Below are positions 52,651 through 60,909 of a stretch of 64,000 nucleotides of DNA, piece after piece (within the stretch, counting starts at the first letter, position 1; each line of letters begins with the position of its first letter). Position numbers and translations under genes: made by a program. Origin of the DNA: Nitrosopumilus sp. (GTDB taxonomy: Archaea > Thermoproteota > Nitrososphaeria > Nitrososphaerales > Nitrosopumilaceae); NCBI GenBank assembly GCA_965205675.1, contig OZ242186.1, forward strand, positions 1,947,362-2,011,361, read 5' to 3'. The notes beneath the pieces were generated by a model that saw nothing but the letters and a program-made list of their open reading frames with translations, made no database searches and was not told the origin of the DNA.

Positions 52651-52767
52651 AATACTTTCATCTGTATCTTAAGGAGATAGAGTTTTGATTCAACAACAGA
52701 GATGAGAATATCTTTGAAATGTTGGTAAAAATGCTTGTAAAACCTGTTCCAAATGAGAGGTATTACC
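52651..52767 (+). pseudogene. 3' remnant of a second IS1595 transposase
   Basis: YFHLYLKEIEF*FNNRDENIFEML aligns with FLLYIKEMEWRYNNRDEDTFSLL in 47148-48002. Confidence 0.7.
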
Positions 52768-52829
52768 TAAATCATTTACATTTCAAAGAACTAACAATCA
52801 TAAAATAATGGATATTTTTAAGAAAATCA

Positions 52830-53351
52830 TTGAGCATACGAAAAAGAATAGATCAACTGCATTCATATGTTTATGACCTTGAAAAGATTCAAGACGAACA
52901 AAAGGATCACTCAAAACAGGTATCAAAGATTAAAGAAGACCATATAAAAAATCTAACGAATGCAACATCTGCTGCATATGCCGTATTAGATACAATTGAA
53001 CAAAGTAAAATGTTTTTTAAAGAACAGATTGACATAATCAAAAAAATATCTCCACTAATGTCTGAATATTTGGATTATCTTATGGAGGAATTTGAAGCGT
53101 TTCAATTTGATATAAATTATGAACTCCAAGATAGTACCACTACACTTCAACAAAATCATCCAGATGCAATAAAAAAAATGCAAACAGTTGATGTATTAAT
53201 TGAGGAAATTGCAGATTGTTACAATCAACTACATCATACACTAATTATATCATATGATTCCTTTGGTGGAATGCTGAATTTTATAGAAAATATTACACCA
53301 AAAAAGACAAAACAAAAACCAACCAAACAAAGGAAGAAAAATGTCAAATGA
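52830..53351 (+). CDS. Hypothetical all-helical protein
   Basis: 173-aa ORF, heptad-rich, overlaps the hsdM stub. Confidence 0.55.
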   Translation: MSIRKRIDQLHSYVYDLEKIQDEQKDHSKQVSKIKEDHIKNLTNATSAAYAVLDTIEQSKMFFKEQIDIIKKISPLMSEYLDYLMEEFEAFQFDINYELQDSTTTLQQNHPDAIKKMQTVDVLIEEIADCYNQLHHTLIISYDSFGGMLNFIENITPKKTKQKPTKQRKKNVK

Positions 53352-53397
53352 GGCACCAGTCATAGTTCAAAAATTATGGAATTTCTGTAATGTATAG
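53341..53397 (+). pseudogene. hsdM: N-terminal stub of type I R-M methyltransferase HsdM
   Basis: MSNEAPVIVQKLWNFCNV resembles the HsdM start IVQKLWN.CNVLRDDG; ends at the TA where the IS630 relic begins. Confidence 0.6.
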
Positions 53398-53726
53398 CGA
53401 AAAGACAAAGTTCGTGAACTAAATAATTCCAAAACAAAAAACTTTTTGATCAGTTAACCCAACAAAATACATGAACAAGTTAGAATCCCTTGAAGCATCA
53501 TACAAAAAAGAAAATTCAAAAGTTGCAGTAAGAATGTTTGCAGTATTGATGATTCTAAAAGATGGTAAGGAATTAGAACACTGCAAAGACACTGCACAAA
53601 CTGGGTACGAAAATGGGTGAGTCGTTTTGGGGTAGATGGTCTCTACGACCACCCAAGGAGTGGAAGACCAAGAATAATTCCAAAGAAGAAAATGGATTGT
53701 ATAATGTCAAAGGCAATGCTAACTTT
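53393..53726 (+). mobile_element. 5' fragment of an IS630-family element
   Basis: KKE..KVAVRMFAVL ... WVSRFG.DGLYDHPRSGRPR, frameshifted and cut by the IS5 copy. Confidence 0.7.
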
Positions 53727-54799
53727 AGACGTCTTGCGCAATTACAAACAAAACCTCTTCTTTCATTGAATTTAATTTCAAATAATTTCTAATCTTATGG
53801 AATCACAACAAACTCTTGCTTCCATCTTGTCTTGAAATTTACAATTCCACATACGATATCACTTATTGCATCATACCTGCACAATCTATTCCTAAATGTC
53901 TCAAAATTAATCCTAAACTTTTTGATTTGAGAGATAATATGTTCTACTTTTATTCGGATTCTTGACTGTATCTTGTTCCATTCCTTTTGATGTATGGTCA
54001 GTTTTTTTCCTTTCTTTTTCTTGTATGGTAGAATGCTTGTCTGTTCTGGGAAATCTTTTTCCACTCCCAAATACCCCAAGGTCATAAAATATCATCACAT
54101 CTTCGGGCAGTTCTGGATGTCTGATTTTCAGTATCGCATAATCATGTTACCTGGAGAATGTGGAGGTTTGTGGATTATCTCACCTTTCTGGTTTACGGTG
54201 TTTGGTTTTTTATTGTGTGTTTTTTCTTTTTTCCTGAATAGTGAGTCTTTTCTTTTTGTTCTGGGGTCTTGGGATTGGTTGTTCAGCACCATCAGTCATT
54301 GCAATTAATTCAGGAAAGAACAGTTGGAGTTGCTGTACATCATTTATTTTTTTAGAATCAGAGTATAGTTTTGAAGGAATAGGAATTGATTTTCTTACTG
54401 CAGTCTCTAAATATCTGATGTTTCTGTAGACGTTGCTCTGGTCTAATCCAAACAGATATCCTGTCAACTCGCATGTCAGGTACATCCGATAGTAAACAAA
54501 CAACATTACAAGCTGGTCTTCAAGACTCAAATCAAACTTTCGCCCAGCTCCGATACTTCTTTTTCTCTTTGCTTTGGATAGTCTCTTCTTTTCTTCTATA
54601 CGGTGATTCTTTCTGACATCCTTTAGAATCACATCAAACTGTTGCCTAGTCACTCCAGTAAAAGAGAGAAACGATTTTGGCTTTTTTGAGAGTTGCTTGT
54701 ATGTTAACATGAAATGTGTTAGGTTGTTCTTAGCTTTGGATCTTGTTGTGAATGAATTTGTGTAATATGGTAAAATATGTCTAATTGCGCAAGAGGTCT
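53727..54799 (-). mobile_element. IS5-family (HTH_Tnp_4/DDE_Tnp_4-like) element, frameshifted, copy A
   Basis: TIRs agacgtcttgcgcaatta / taattgcgcaagaggtct; near-identical to 62388-63456; DG.E, DLG, RIKVEH. Confidence 0.88.
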
Positions 54800-54864
54800 A
54801 GTATTGATTGTGTTATTGAGTGATTTAGTTTACTAAAAATAATACTTTATTTCATTACAAACAG

Positions 54865-55461
54865 ATGGATACAAAAATGATTGATCATACTAGAGAAATT
54901 ATCATTGATAGTTTAGCTTTCAATATTTTTGATGATCCTGATGCATTTAGAAAAAATACTGATGGAAATCACATTTCTCTTGCATTATTTGAAAATCCAA
55001 AACATTTGAAGGAAACTGCTCTAAAACTATTGCAATTTCATCTTAGAGAATCAAATTGTAAATCTGTCATAGGATTTACTGAAAATGATCCATCTTTGAT
55101 TGTTTTAGCAACACAAGCCAGCCTAAATGAACAATTACCACTTTATCTATATGATTTAGAACATGATGAAGGAGCATTTAGTCAATTTATCAGACCTGAA
55201 ATTGTTCCATGTTCTTTGATAATTCCTTATTCTATTGATGAAAAGTATGTTTTAGAAATAATTGAGATGTTTTCCCAACAAAAAATTCCAATTTCTAAAG
55301 TCATTTCAATAATTGATGAAAATCCATCCAAAACTAATTTTTCAGATAAAGATTTTGAATTTATATCCATTTGTGATTGGAATTCTCTAAAAAATAGAAT
55401 GAATCATTATCAAAACATTACAAAAGAGAAAATGGATCGATTATTGGCAAAGTTTGGCTAA
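54865..55461 (+). CDS. Degenerate PRTase-fold protein
   Basis: LFENP..L, SVIG, KVISIID follow the PyrE layout; PRPP loop reads CSLIIPYSIDE. Confidence 0.5.
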   Translation: MDTKMIDHTREIIIDSLAFNIFDDPDAFRKNTDGNHISLALFENPKHLKETALKLLQFHLRESNCKSVIGFTENDPSLIVLATQASLNEQLPLYLYDLEHDEGAFSQFIRPEIVPCSLIIPYSIDEKYVLEIIEMFSQQKIPISKVISIIDENPSKTNFSDKDFEFISICDWNSLKNRMNHYQNITKEKMDRLLAKFG

Positions 55462-55637
55462 AATGATCAATTCTGTAAAAATTTGAGCCCTTTGAGTCAA
55501 ATGAGTCGGACTTTACCCATTTAGATCATACAGGGTTTTAGAATACAGCAAGTTGATGATGCAAGGCAATCTTGATTATTGTGTCCATAATCGTTTTCTC
55601 TCATTATTACACTTGAAAATTAATAATAATTTTAATA

Positions 55638-56285
55638 TTGACTGGAGGTCTTTTACTCAATGATATGACCATTTCATCTGATTTTAGAACTGATAAACAA
55701 AGACTAGCCGATTTACTAGTGGAAACTAAAGCATTTCAATATTCGCCAGAAAAACCATTTCAATTAGTATCTGGAGCAACCAGTCCATATTATTTTGATC
55801 TAAAATTACTAAATGGACATCCAGAAGGAATCAATGCAGTTGCAAAAGTATTCTATCATTTAATCAAACAATACCCTGATGTAGTATCAGTTGGTGGTTT
55901 AGAATCTGGTTCAATCTCAATTGCAACAGCAATTTCACAACTAAGTTACTTTGAAAATCAAAAAGATCCTTCAAATCCTTTAATCACATCATTCTTTGTG
56001 CGTAAAGCACCAAAGAAACATGGAACTCAAAAATTAATTGAAGGAAGAATTAGTTCCCCAGTAGTTATCATTGAGGATGTAATCACCAGTGGAATGTCTG
56101 CAATAATTGCAATACATGCAGTTGAAGAGATGGGATATGAGTGTAAATCTCTAATGTCTATAATTTTTAGAGGAACTGAAGAACATCGTCAAAAGGTAGA
56201 AAAAGAAAGTACATTACAATATATCTTCCACAAAGATCAGTTCATTGAAGAATACAAAAAGCAATTCAAAGAATTAACTGCATAA
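55638..56285 (+). CDS. pyrE: Orotate phosphoribosyltransferase-like protein
   Basis: F.LVSGATSPYYFD, GGLESG, VRK..K.HGT..LIEG, VIIEDVITSG. Confidence 0.85.
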   Translation: MTGGLLLNDMTISSDFRTDKQRLADLLVETKAFQYSPEKPFQLVSGATSPYYFDLKLLNGHPEGINAVAKVFYHLIKQYPDVVSVGGLESGSISIATAISQLSYFENQKDPSNPLITSFFVRKAPKKHGTQKLIEGRISSPVVIIEDVITSGMSAIIAIHAVEEMGYECKSLMSIIFRGTEEHRQKVEKESTLQYIFHKDQFIEEYKKQFKELTA

Positions 56286-56660
56286 TCAGTGTCCTAAAAA
56301 ATAAGGGAAAGGTTGTTTTAATTTCTAAAAAATCAAAACTCCGTAATTGATTCCGTATTTTGACTTTAATGATGCTAAACCTTCACTTTCAAAGAAATAA
56401 TTGGTAATTTTCACAGATTTTCCAAATTTGAAATATTTCTAACTTTTTTCTTTCCTTGAAATTTATCTTCAACAATGTTTGCCAAAGAATATGATGTAAG
56501 TTTCGTATCAAATTCATCAAAGACAAAGGTTTTTCCATTCCATGAATCAAACGTATACTCAATAATAAAAATTCGTCACCCTATTTTGAACTCGATTTAC
56601 GTACATTGTAGATTCAAGTTTAAATTTCAGGAATTAGTATAATTTGGAAGATTTTGGGTC

Positions 56661-56755
56661 ATGAATATTTGTTAGACAGTATACGATAGCGTTATTACAA
56701 AGATCTTGGATCATGTATAGAAAAATGCGATAGATTTCGAGAGGATGTCGATTGA
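56661..56755 (+). pseudogene. Eroded paralogue of the RHH-like gene 50376-50516
   Basis: YDSVITKILDHV/EKCDRF versus YDDVILKLIKHVETCDKF; shared upstream aagattttgg..catgaa.att. Confidence 0.55.
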
Positions 56756-56943
56756 AAAGATTCCCCAAGACTTCTGCAGTTATTTTTGAGAATTTTGCAA
56801 TTGTTGCACTGGACAAGAAATGGTTTGAGATTAATGATTTACGGTTTGATGTGTTCATTGATAGTTCTAGCCGACTGGTATTGCGAACAACAGAACCATG
56901 CCAGGAGAAAATAAATGCCATACAAGGAACTCGTCAGTGTTGA
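56752..56943 (+). CDS. AbrB-like small protein, paralogue of 50510-50671
   Basis: FENFAIVALDKKW...F.V.IDS..RLV versus FENNLIISLSRDW...F.V.VNS..RLV. Confidence 0.5.
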   Translation: MKRFPKTSAVIFENFAIVALDKKWFEINDLRFDVFIDSSSRLVLRTTEPCQEKINAIQGTRQC

Positions 56944-57135
56944 GGGTAACTTTACCGATGTTGATATCTAGTCAGACTTCAGTCATTGGTCAAGCGATCT
57001 TGCAACGTTAGGTTTTTTGATCATCTGAGAATTCTGAAATCTAAATGAGCGGTAAGGAAGGAAAATATTTTTGGAGAGGTGTAAAACATGACATTTCTCC
57101 GTTCTCATTTATTCTTCCATAGAATATTAGCGAGG

Positions 57136-57483
57136 TCATTTCTTCATAACCTTATATTTGCTATAAAAGAAGGATCGGTGATTCTTAATACAAGATTTGA
57201 TTTTACTACCTAATTTCAAACCCAATTTTATAAAATTATCATCAATTCCAAATTTCTCAAAGATTCGCCTCAAAAAATAACTTCTAGCAAATGATATTGA
57301 GGCATAAACAAAAGTAATTGCCATATTTGCAACTAGTGGATCTTCTTGAATCCAACCCACAGACAGTGGTAAAACTATAATTCCTAATCCATATCCTATC
57401 GGATATCCACCAAATGAGTTGACAAATGCCTCTGAAAGACTCTTTTTGTGAGAATCTGGTTTATTTTCTTTTATTGTTGACAT
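57136..57483 (-). CDS. Small membrane protein of phage/MGE type (DUF7220-like)
   Basis: SHKKSLSEAFVN..GGY.IG, S.ARSY.LRRIF. Confidence 0.6.
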   Translation of the reverse strand: MSTIKENKPDSHKKSLSEAFVNSFGGYPIGYGLGIIVLPLSVGWIQEDPLVANMAITFVYASISFARSYFLRRIFEKFGIDDNFIKLGLKLGSKIKSCIKNHRSFFYSKYKVMKK

Positions 57484-57677
57484 TTACAAGTCCCCTTTAA
57501 TTTTTTGATTGCACATTTAGAACAATAAACATAATCTCTAAAAGAAAAAAAACCATAACATTCAAGTCTTCCTGAAAACATCCTATGTTCTCTTTTTAGA
57601 ACACATCGAACATCACAAAAAAATATTATACAACAAATAAGATAATTTGGTTCAATACCTTGCCAAAAAGTGTTCAT
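57471..57677 (-). CDS. Cys-rich small protein
   Basis: Several CxxC-like motifs; coupled by overlap. Confidence 0.45.
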   Translation of the reverse strand: MNTFWQGIEPNYLICCIIFFCDVRCVLKREHRMFSGRLECYGFFSFRDYVYCSKCAIKKLKGTCKCQQ

Positions 57678-57928
57678 TTCATATCCTCCAAAACATCTTC
57701 AGAAAATGATTTCATTCCAGAATCTTCTCTAGTTTGTTCATGTGATTGAGGAAGATCTGAAATTATCTTTGGTAAATAATACAAAACAACTAGTACAACA
57801 CCGACTAGTGGATTGATTAATCCGAGTAGAATCGTTACACTCCAAAAGAAAATTTTTGTAAATCTATTCATTTTCTTCACGTTCTCCCCATCGATAATGA
57901 CAATCATTGCATTCCCATTTTGGATCAT
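57674..57928 (-). CDS. Small membrane protein (true start may be ~57871)
   Basis: Two hydrophobic segments; overlap coupling. Confidence 0.5.
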   Translation of the reverse strand: MIQNGNAMIVIIDGENVKKMNRFTKIFFWSVTILLGLINPLVGVVLVVLYYLPKIISDLPQSHEQTREDSGMKSFSEDVLEDMK

Positions 57929-58058
57929 GGTCTGTAATTAAACACCCACCCAGAATGATCTCTTGTTTTTCTAATAATTTCTCAAGTGATTCTAGATCTC
58001 CAGGATATCCCCAAAGAATTTCAGCAATCCATTCTTTCTTACAGTGAGGACATTTCAA
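57864..58058 (-). CDS. Small Zn-finger protein
   Basis: CPHC...ILWGYP...ILGGC...PKWECNDC..RWG. Confidence 0.7.
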   Translation of the reverse strand: MKCPHCKKEWIAEILWGYPGDLESLEKLLEKQEIILGGCLITDHDPKWECNDCHYRWGEREENE

Positions 58059-58191
58059 TTTCTAATACTCCAATATTTATGCAGATAATTGTACTTCCAA
58101 GAAAAATAGTCAGAAATATTACTACAAAGTATACATGCTTGTTGCTCTTCCCATGACTGAAATCGATTTGTATTCTTATGATGGATTTCAT
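58039..58191 (-). CDS. 50-aa single-TM microprotein
   Basis: Hand-read MKSIIRIQIDFSHGKSNKHVYFVVIFLTIFLGSTIICINIGVLEIEMSSL. Confidence 0.4.
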   Translation of the reverse strand: MKSIIRIQIDFSHGKSNKHVYFVVIFLTIFLGSTIICINIGVLEIEMSSL

Positions 58192-58203
58192 AAATTTTAA
58201 ACC

Positions 58204-58428
58204 TCAATCTCTTTTCCCCCAAATTTTCTCTGAATTTTCTTGGTTTTTATGCTCTCTAGCCCCAAATTCTTTGTTTGAGTTCTCAGTATCTGATGATAGT
58301 TCTCTAGTCACAGTAACCATAGAGTTTCCAAAATCCTGAACTGTCTTGTTGAATGTGTCAATATTCTTGTTGATGTTCTTTATGTTAATTTTTTCAAGAA
58401 GAATAATAACCAGTTCTTTTTTATTCAT
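58204..58428 (-). CDS. Small hypothetical protein
   Basis: ATGA overlap with the upstream ORF. Confidence 0.5.
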   Translation of the reverse strand: MNKKELVIILLEKINIKNINKNIDTFNKTVQDFGNSMVTVTRELSSDTENSNKEFGAREHKNQENSEKIWGKRD

Positions 58429-58706
58429 ATAGTTATACTCCTCATTTTCTTAATGTTGTAAATCAAAACAATACATATGATAATGATTCTTAAGATTACT
58501 AACACTACATAATGTGATTGAGTGATTTCTGTAATTACTTCCAATTTTTTCCCTCCAGTCTTTAATTCTTCTCTATCTTCTGCAACTCGTTCTTCAAATA
58601 TTCTAACTGTTCCTTTATGATATTGTAAATGAATTTCTGCTTGTTGCAAATCTTCTTCTTGGTATGATTTTACAAGAAACTTTGGAAGAATTCTAGTTAG
58701 TTTCAA
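58425..58706 (-). CDS. Small coiled-coil protein with C-terminal TM
   Basis: Overlap coupling at both ends. Confidence 0.5.
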   Translation of the reverse strand: MKLTRILPKFLVKSYQEEDLQQAEIHLQYHKGTVRIFEERVAEDREELKTGGKKLEVITEITQSHYVVLVILRIIIICIVLIYNIKKMRSITI

Positions 58707-58813
58707 TTTTTATTCTCCTTTTGATATCCTTCTAATTTTTCTTTTAGATTTGCAAAAGAGAATACAATACTATCTTCATGTGTAAAATTTTTTGATCTAA
58801 ATAGAATAGTCAT
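58703..58813 (-). CDS. 36-aa microprotein
   Basis: Hand-read MTILFRSKNFTHEDSIVFSFANLKEKLEGYQKENKN; 4-nt overlaps at both ends. Confidence 0.4.
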   Translation of the reverse strand: MTILFRSKNFTHEDSIVFSFANLKEKLEGYQKENKN

Positions 58814-58905
58814 GATCTAGCTCCATAAATCATTGGTTCATCTCTTTCATCTTCAAATTCTCGAATAATTCTTGGATACATTGTAGGTTTCATTGTAGGT
58901 TTCAT
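58810..58905 (-). CDS. 31-aa microprotein
   Basis: Hand-read MKPTMKPTMYPRIIREFEDERDEPMIYGARS; begins just after the PIN stop. Confidence 0.4.
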   Translation of the reverse strand: MKPTMKPTMYPRIIREFEDERDEPMIYGARS

Positions 58906-58906
58906 T

Positions 58907-59326
58907 TTAAATTCCTCTCACCATTGATGGATGAAATCCTACAACCCCAAGAAACTCACAGGTCTTGAGAAGCATTCTATCAAATGTTACCAAAACAAAG
59001 TCTTTCGATTGGCATAGACTAAGGATTTTATTATCTCCATTATGACAAATTTGAAATTGATTTGTTATTTCATTTGCAGTTGTTTTATTTTGTTCATCAA
59101 TCTCTGAGAGTTCAATTGGTCTTCCAAGAATTTTTGAGATTTTTTCAATGGTTATTTTTGGAGATAGTCCTCTGACTCTTTGTACTTCTTGTAGTACAAC
59201 ATCACATAGGACTATTGAAAGTGATTTACCTCTAAGATGTGATTTGAGTTTAGATGCTACTTTTGGTTTCTCTATAATATCAATTATGACACAAGAATCA
59301 AATGCTATGTTTTGTGTTTGATTCAT
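58907..59326 (-). CDS. PIN-domain ribonuclease (VapC-like)
   Basis: FDSCVII, VLQEV, GDNKIL, LVTFD..L acidic tetrad. Confidence 0.85.
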   Translation of the reverse strand: MNQTQNIAFDSCVIIDIIEKPKVASKLKSHLRGKSLSIVLCDVVLQEVQRVRGLSPKITIEKISKILGRPIELSEIDEQNKTTANEITNQFQICHNGDNKILSLCQSKDFVLVTFDRMLLKTCEFLGVVGFHPSMVRGI

Positions 59327-59354
59327 AGAATAACTTGGACATCTAAATTATTAT

Positions 59355-59390
59355 ATAGTATGACAATACTAAGCATACTAAACATACTAT
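59355..59390. promoter_or_regulatory. Putative operator in the divergent PIN/CARF promoter
   Basis: ATAGTATG...CATACTAT inverted repeat plus three 9-nt tandem units containing ATACTA. Confidence 0.45.
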
Positions 59391-59391
59391 T

Positions 59392-60138
59392 ATGGCTAAA
59401 AATGAGAATTTACGTGTACATATTGCCCCTGTAGGCTATGAAATTGATAGAATTGTACTTTCCGCAAAGAAGATGAGGGCAGATAAGGTATGTTTACTTG
59501 TTCATGAAAATCCTAGTGTTGATAAGGCAATTTTATTTTATAAAAAAATCTCAAAACAATTACAAAAACAAAACATAGAGATCACAAAAGAATATCATGA
59601 TAGATTAGATCTTTTCAAGATAATAAAATCAGTTAAAAAAATTATTGAAAAAGAAAAAGGGAATATCATTTATGTTAATTTAGCATCAGGTAGTAAAATA
59701 CAATCAATAGCATGTATGATGGCATGTATGATGTTTAATGATGATGAAAATGTTCATCCATTTTATGTAGAAGCAAAAGACTATCTAGGATTTTCAGGAA
59801 AACCAATCTCAATTGGTATTAAAGACATCCAAAATGTTCCTCCATATTCAATAAAAATCCCAGAAGAGAAATTGATTCAGGCTTTAGAAATTATTAAAGA
59901 AAATAATGGTAAATTAACAAAAAAAGAAATGGCACAGATTGCAGAAGAAAATAAAATAATTATAGTTAATGCACAAGAGAAAAATCATTCTATGGCAAGA
60001 TTTGCAAGTTTGGATAAAAATATTATTCAGCCACTTGAAGAACAATGGAAATTCATTAAGGTTAAAAAGATTGGAAGAAATCGTTGGATTAATCTTACAC
60101 AAGAAGGAGAGAACGCTATAGAATTTTTAATTTCATAA
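59392..60138 (+). CDS. CARF-like + winged-HTH regulator (DUF6293/Csa3-like)
   Basis: VHIAPVGYEIDRI, YVNLASGSK, FYV.A..Y, C-terminal wHTH ending GRNRWINLTQEG. Confidence 0.75.
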   Translation: MAKNENLRVHIAPVGYEIDRIVLSAKKMRADKVCLLVHENPSVDKAILFYKKISKQLQKQNIEITKEYHDRLDLFKIIKSVKKIIEKEKGNIIYVNLASGSKIQSIACMMACMMFNDDENVHPFYVEAKDYLGFSGKPISIGIKDIQNVPPYSIKIPEEKLIQALEIIKENNGKLTKKEMAQIAEENKIIIVNAQEKNHSMARFASLDKNIIQPLEEQWKFIKVKKIGRNRWINLTQEGENAIEFLIS

Positions 60139-60159
60139 AAATAAAATACTAGATAAAAC

Positions 60160-60830
60160 AAGTGAGAAAACAGTTGAAGTAAATGTATTGCATGATCTAG
60201 CAACTTGCTTAGAAAAGAATTATAAAATTACAATTATTGTTCCAGCACAAAATGAAGAATTAGATTTTGGTTTTGATGGAATTTTTTCAAATCTGCCATC
60301 AGGGAGAATTTTAACCTTGTAATTTAAGAGACCAGAAGAGTGAAATGGTGCTGAGGCTAATTTTCATATTTTTATGCCTTAATTACACACGCTTAGGTTT
60401 AACTTCCCAAACAGAAATGATGCATTTTTAGAAATATTGAAAAAGCAAACAACAATGTCAATATGGAATATAGGACAGAAACACCAATGCATATGTTATT
60501 TGAAATGCCATCATTAACCAAAGTGGAATACTATTTGGCATCTAGAATAGAAAACTGATTTTCTAAAGTATGAATTTACGTAAGACTTGGTCATAAACTA
60601 GTAATTATTTCAATATTGGATATTTCTGAACTAAAAATTGGTGCACTAATAGAGGGTCCAAAGTGGCCAGATCCCAGTTGAAATTAAAAAGATAGAAGAT
60701 TATGGAGGCGATGTCAACATTATTGATTCACGAATACCTGCAGGAATACATGTTGATGTAATTTTATCAAAAGAAAAGCTAGCACATATTAGTCTTGAAA
60801 CAATTGATTGTGATTTTTCTAAAATTTGAA
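60160..60830 (+). pseudogene. Eroded gene remnant(s), possibly a PD-(D/E)XK nuclease
   Basis: SEKTVE.N...P.Q.EE..FGFD...L*FKRP fragments with stops. Confidence 0.35.
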
Positions 60831-60909
60831 CAAGCATTTATGCTGGAATGTGGTTAATTGGATAATGTACATTTGATATATTATATATATAGTGTATATC
60901 ACATGGTTT

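Noticed and set aside
58879-58906. 12-bp perfect tandem repeat cattgtaggttt
   Set aside because: Simple in-frame duplication (MKPT twice); no spacers, not CRISPR
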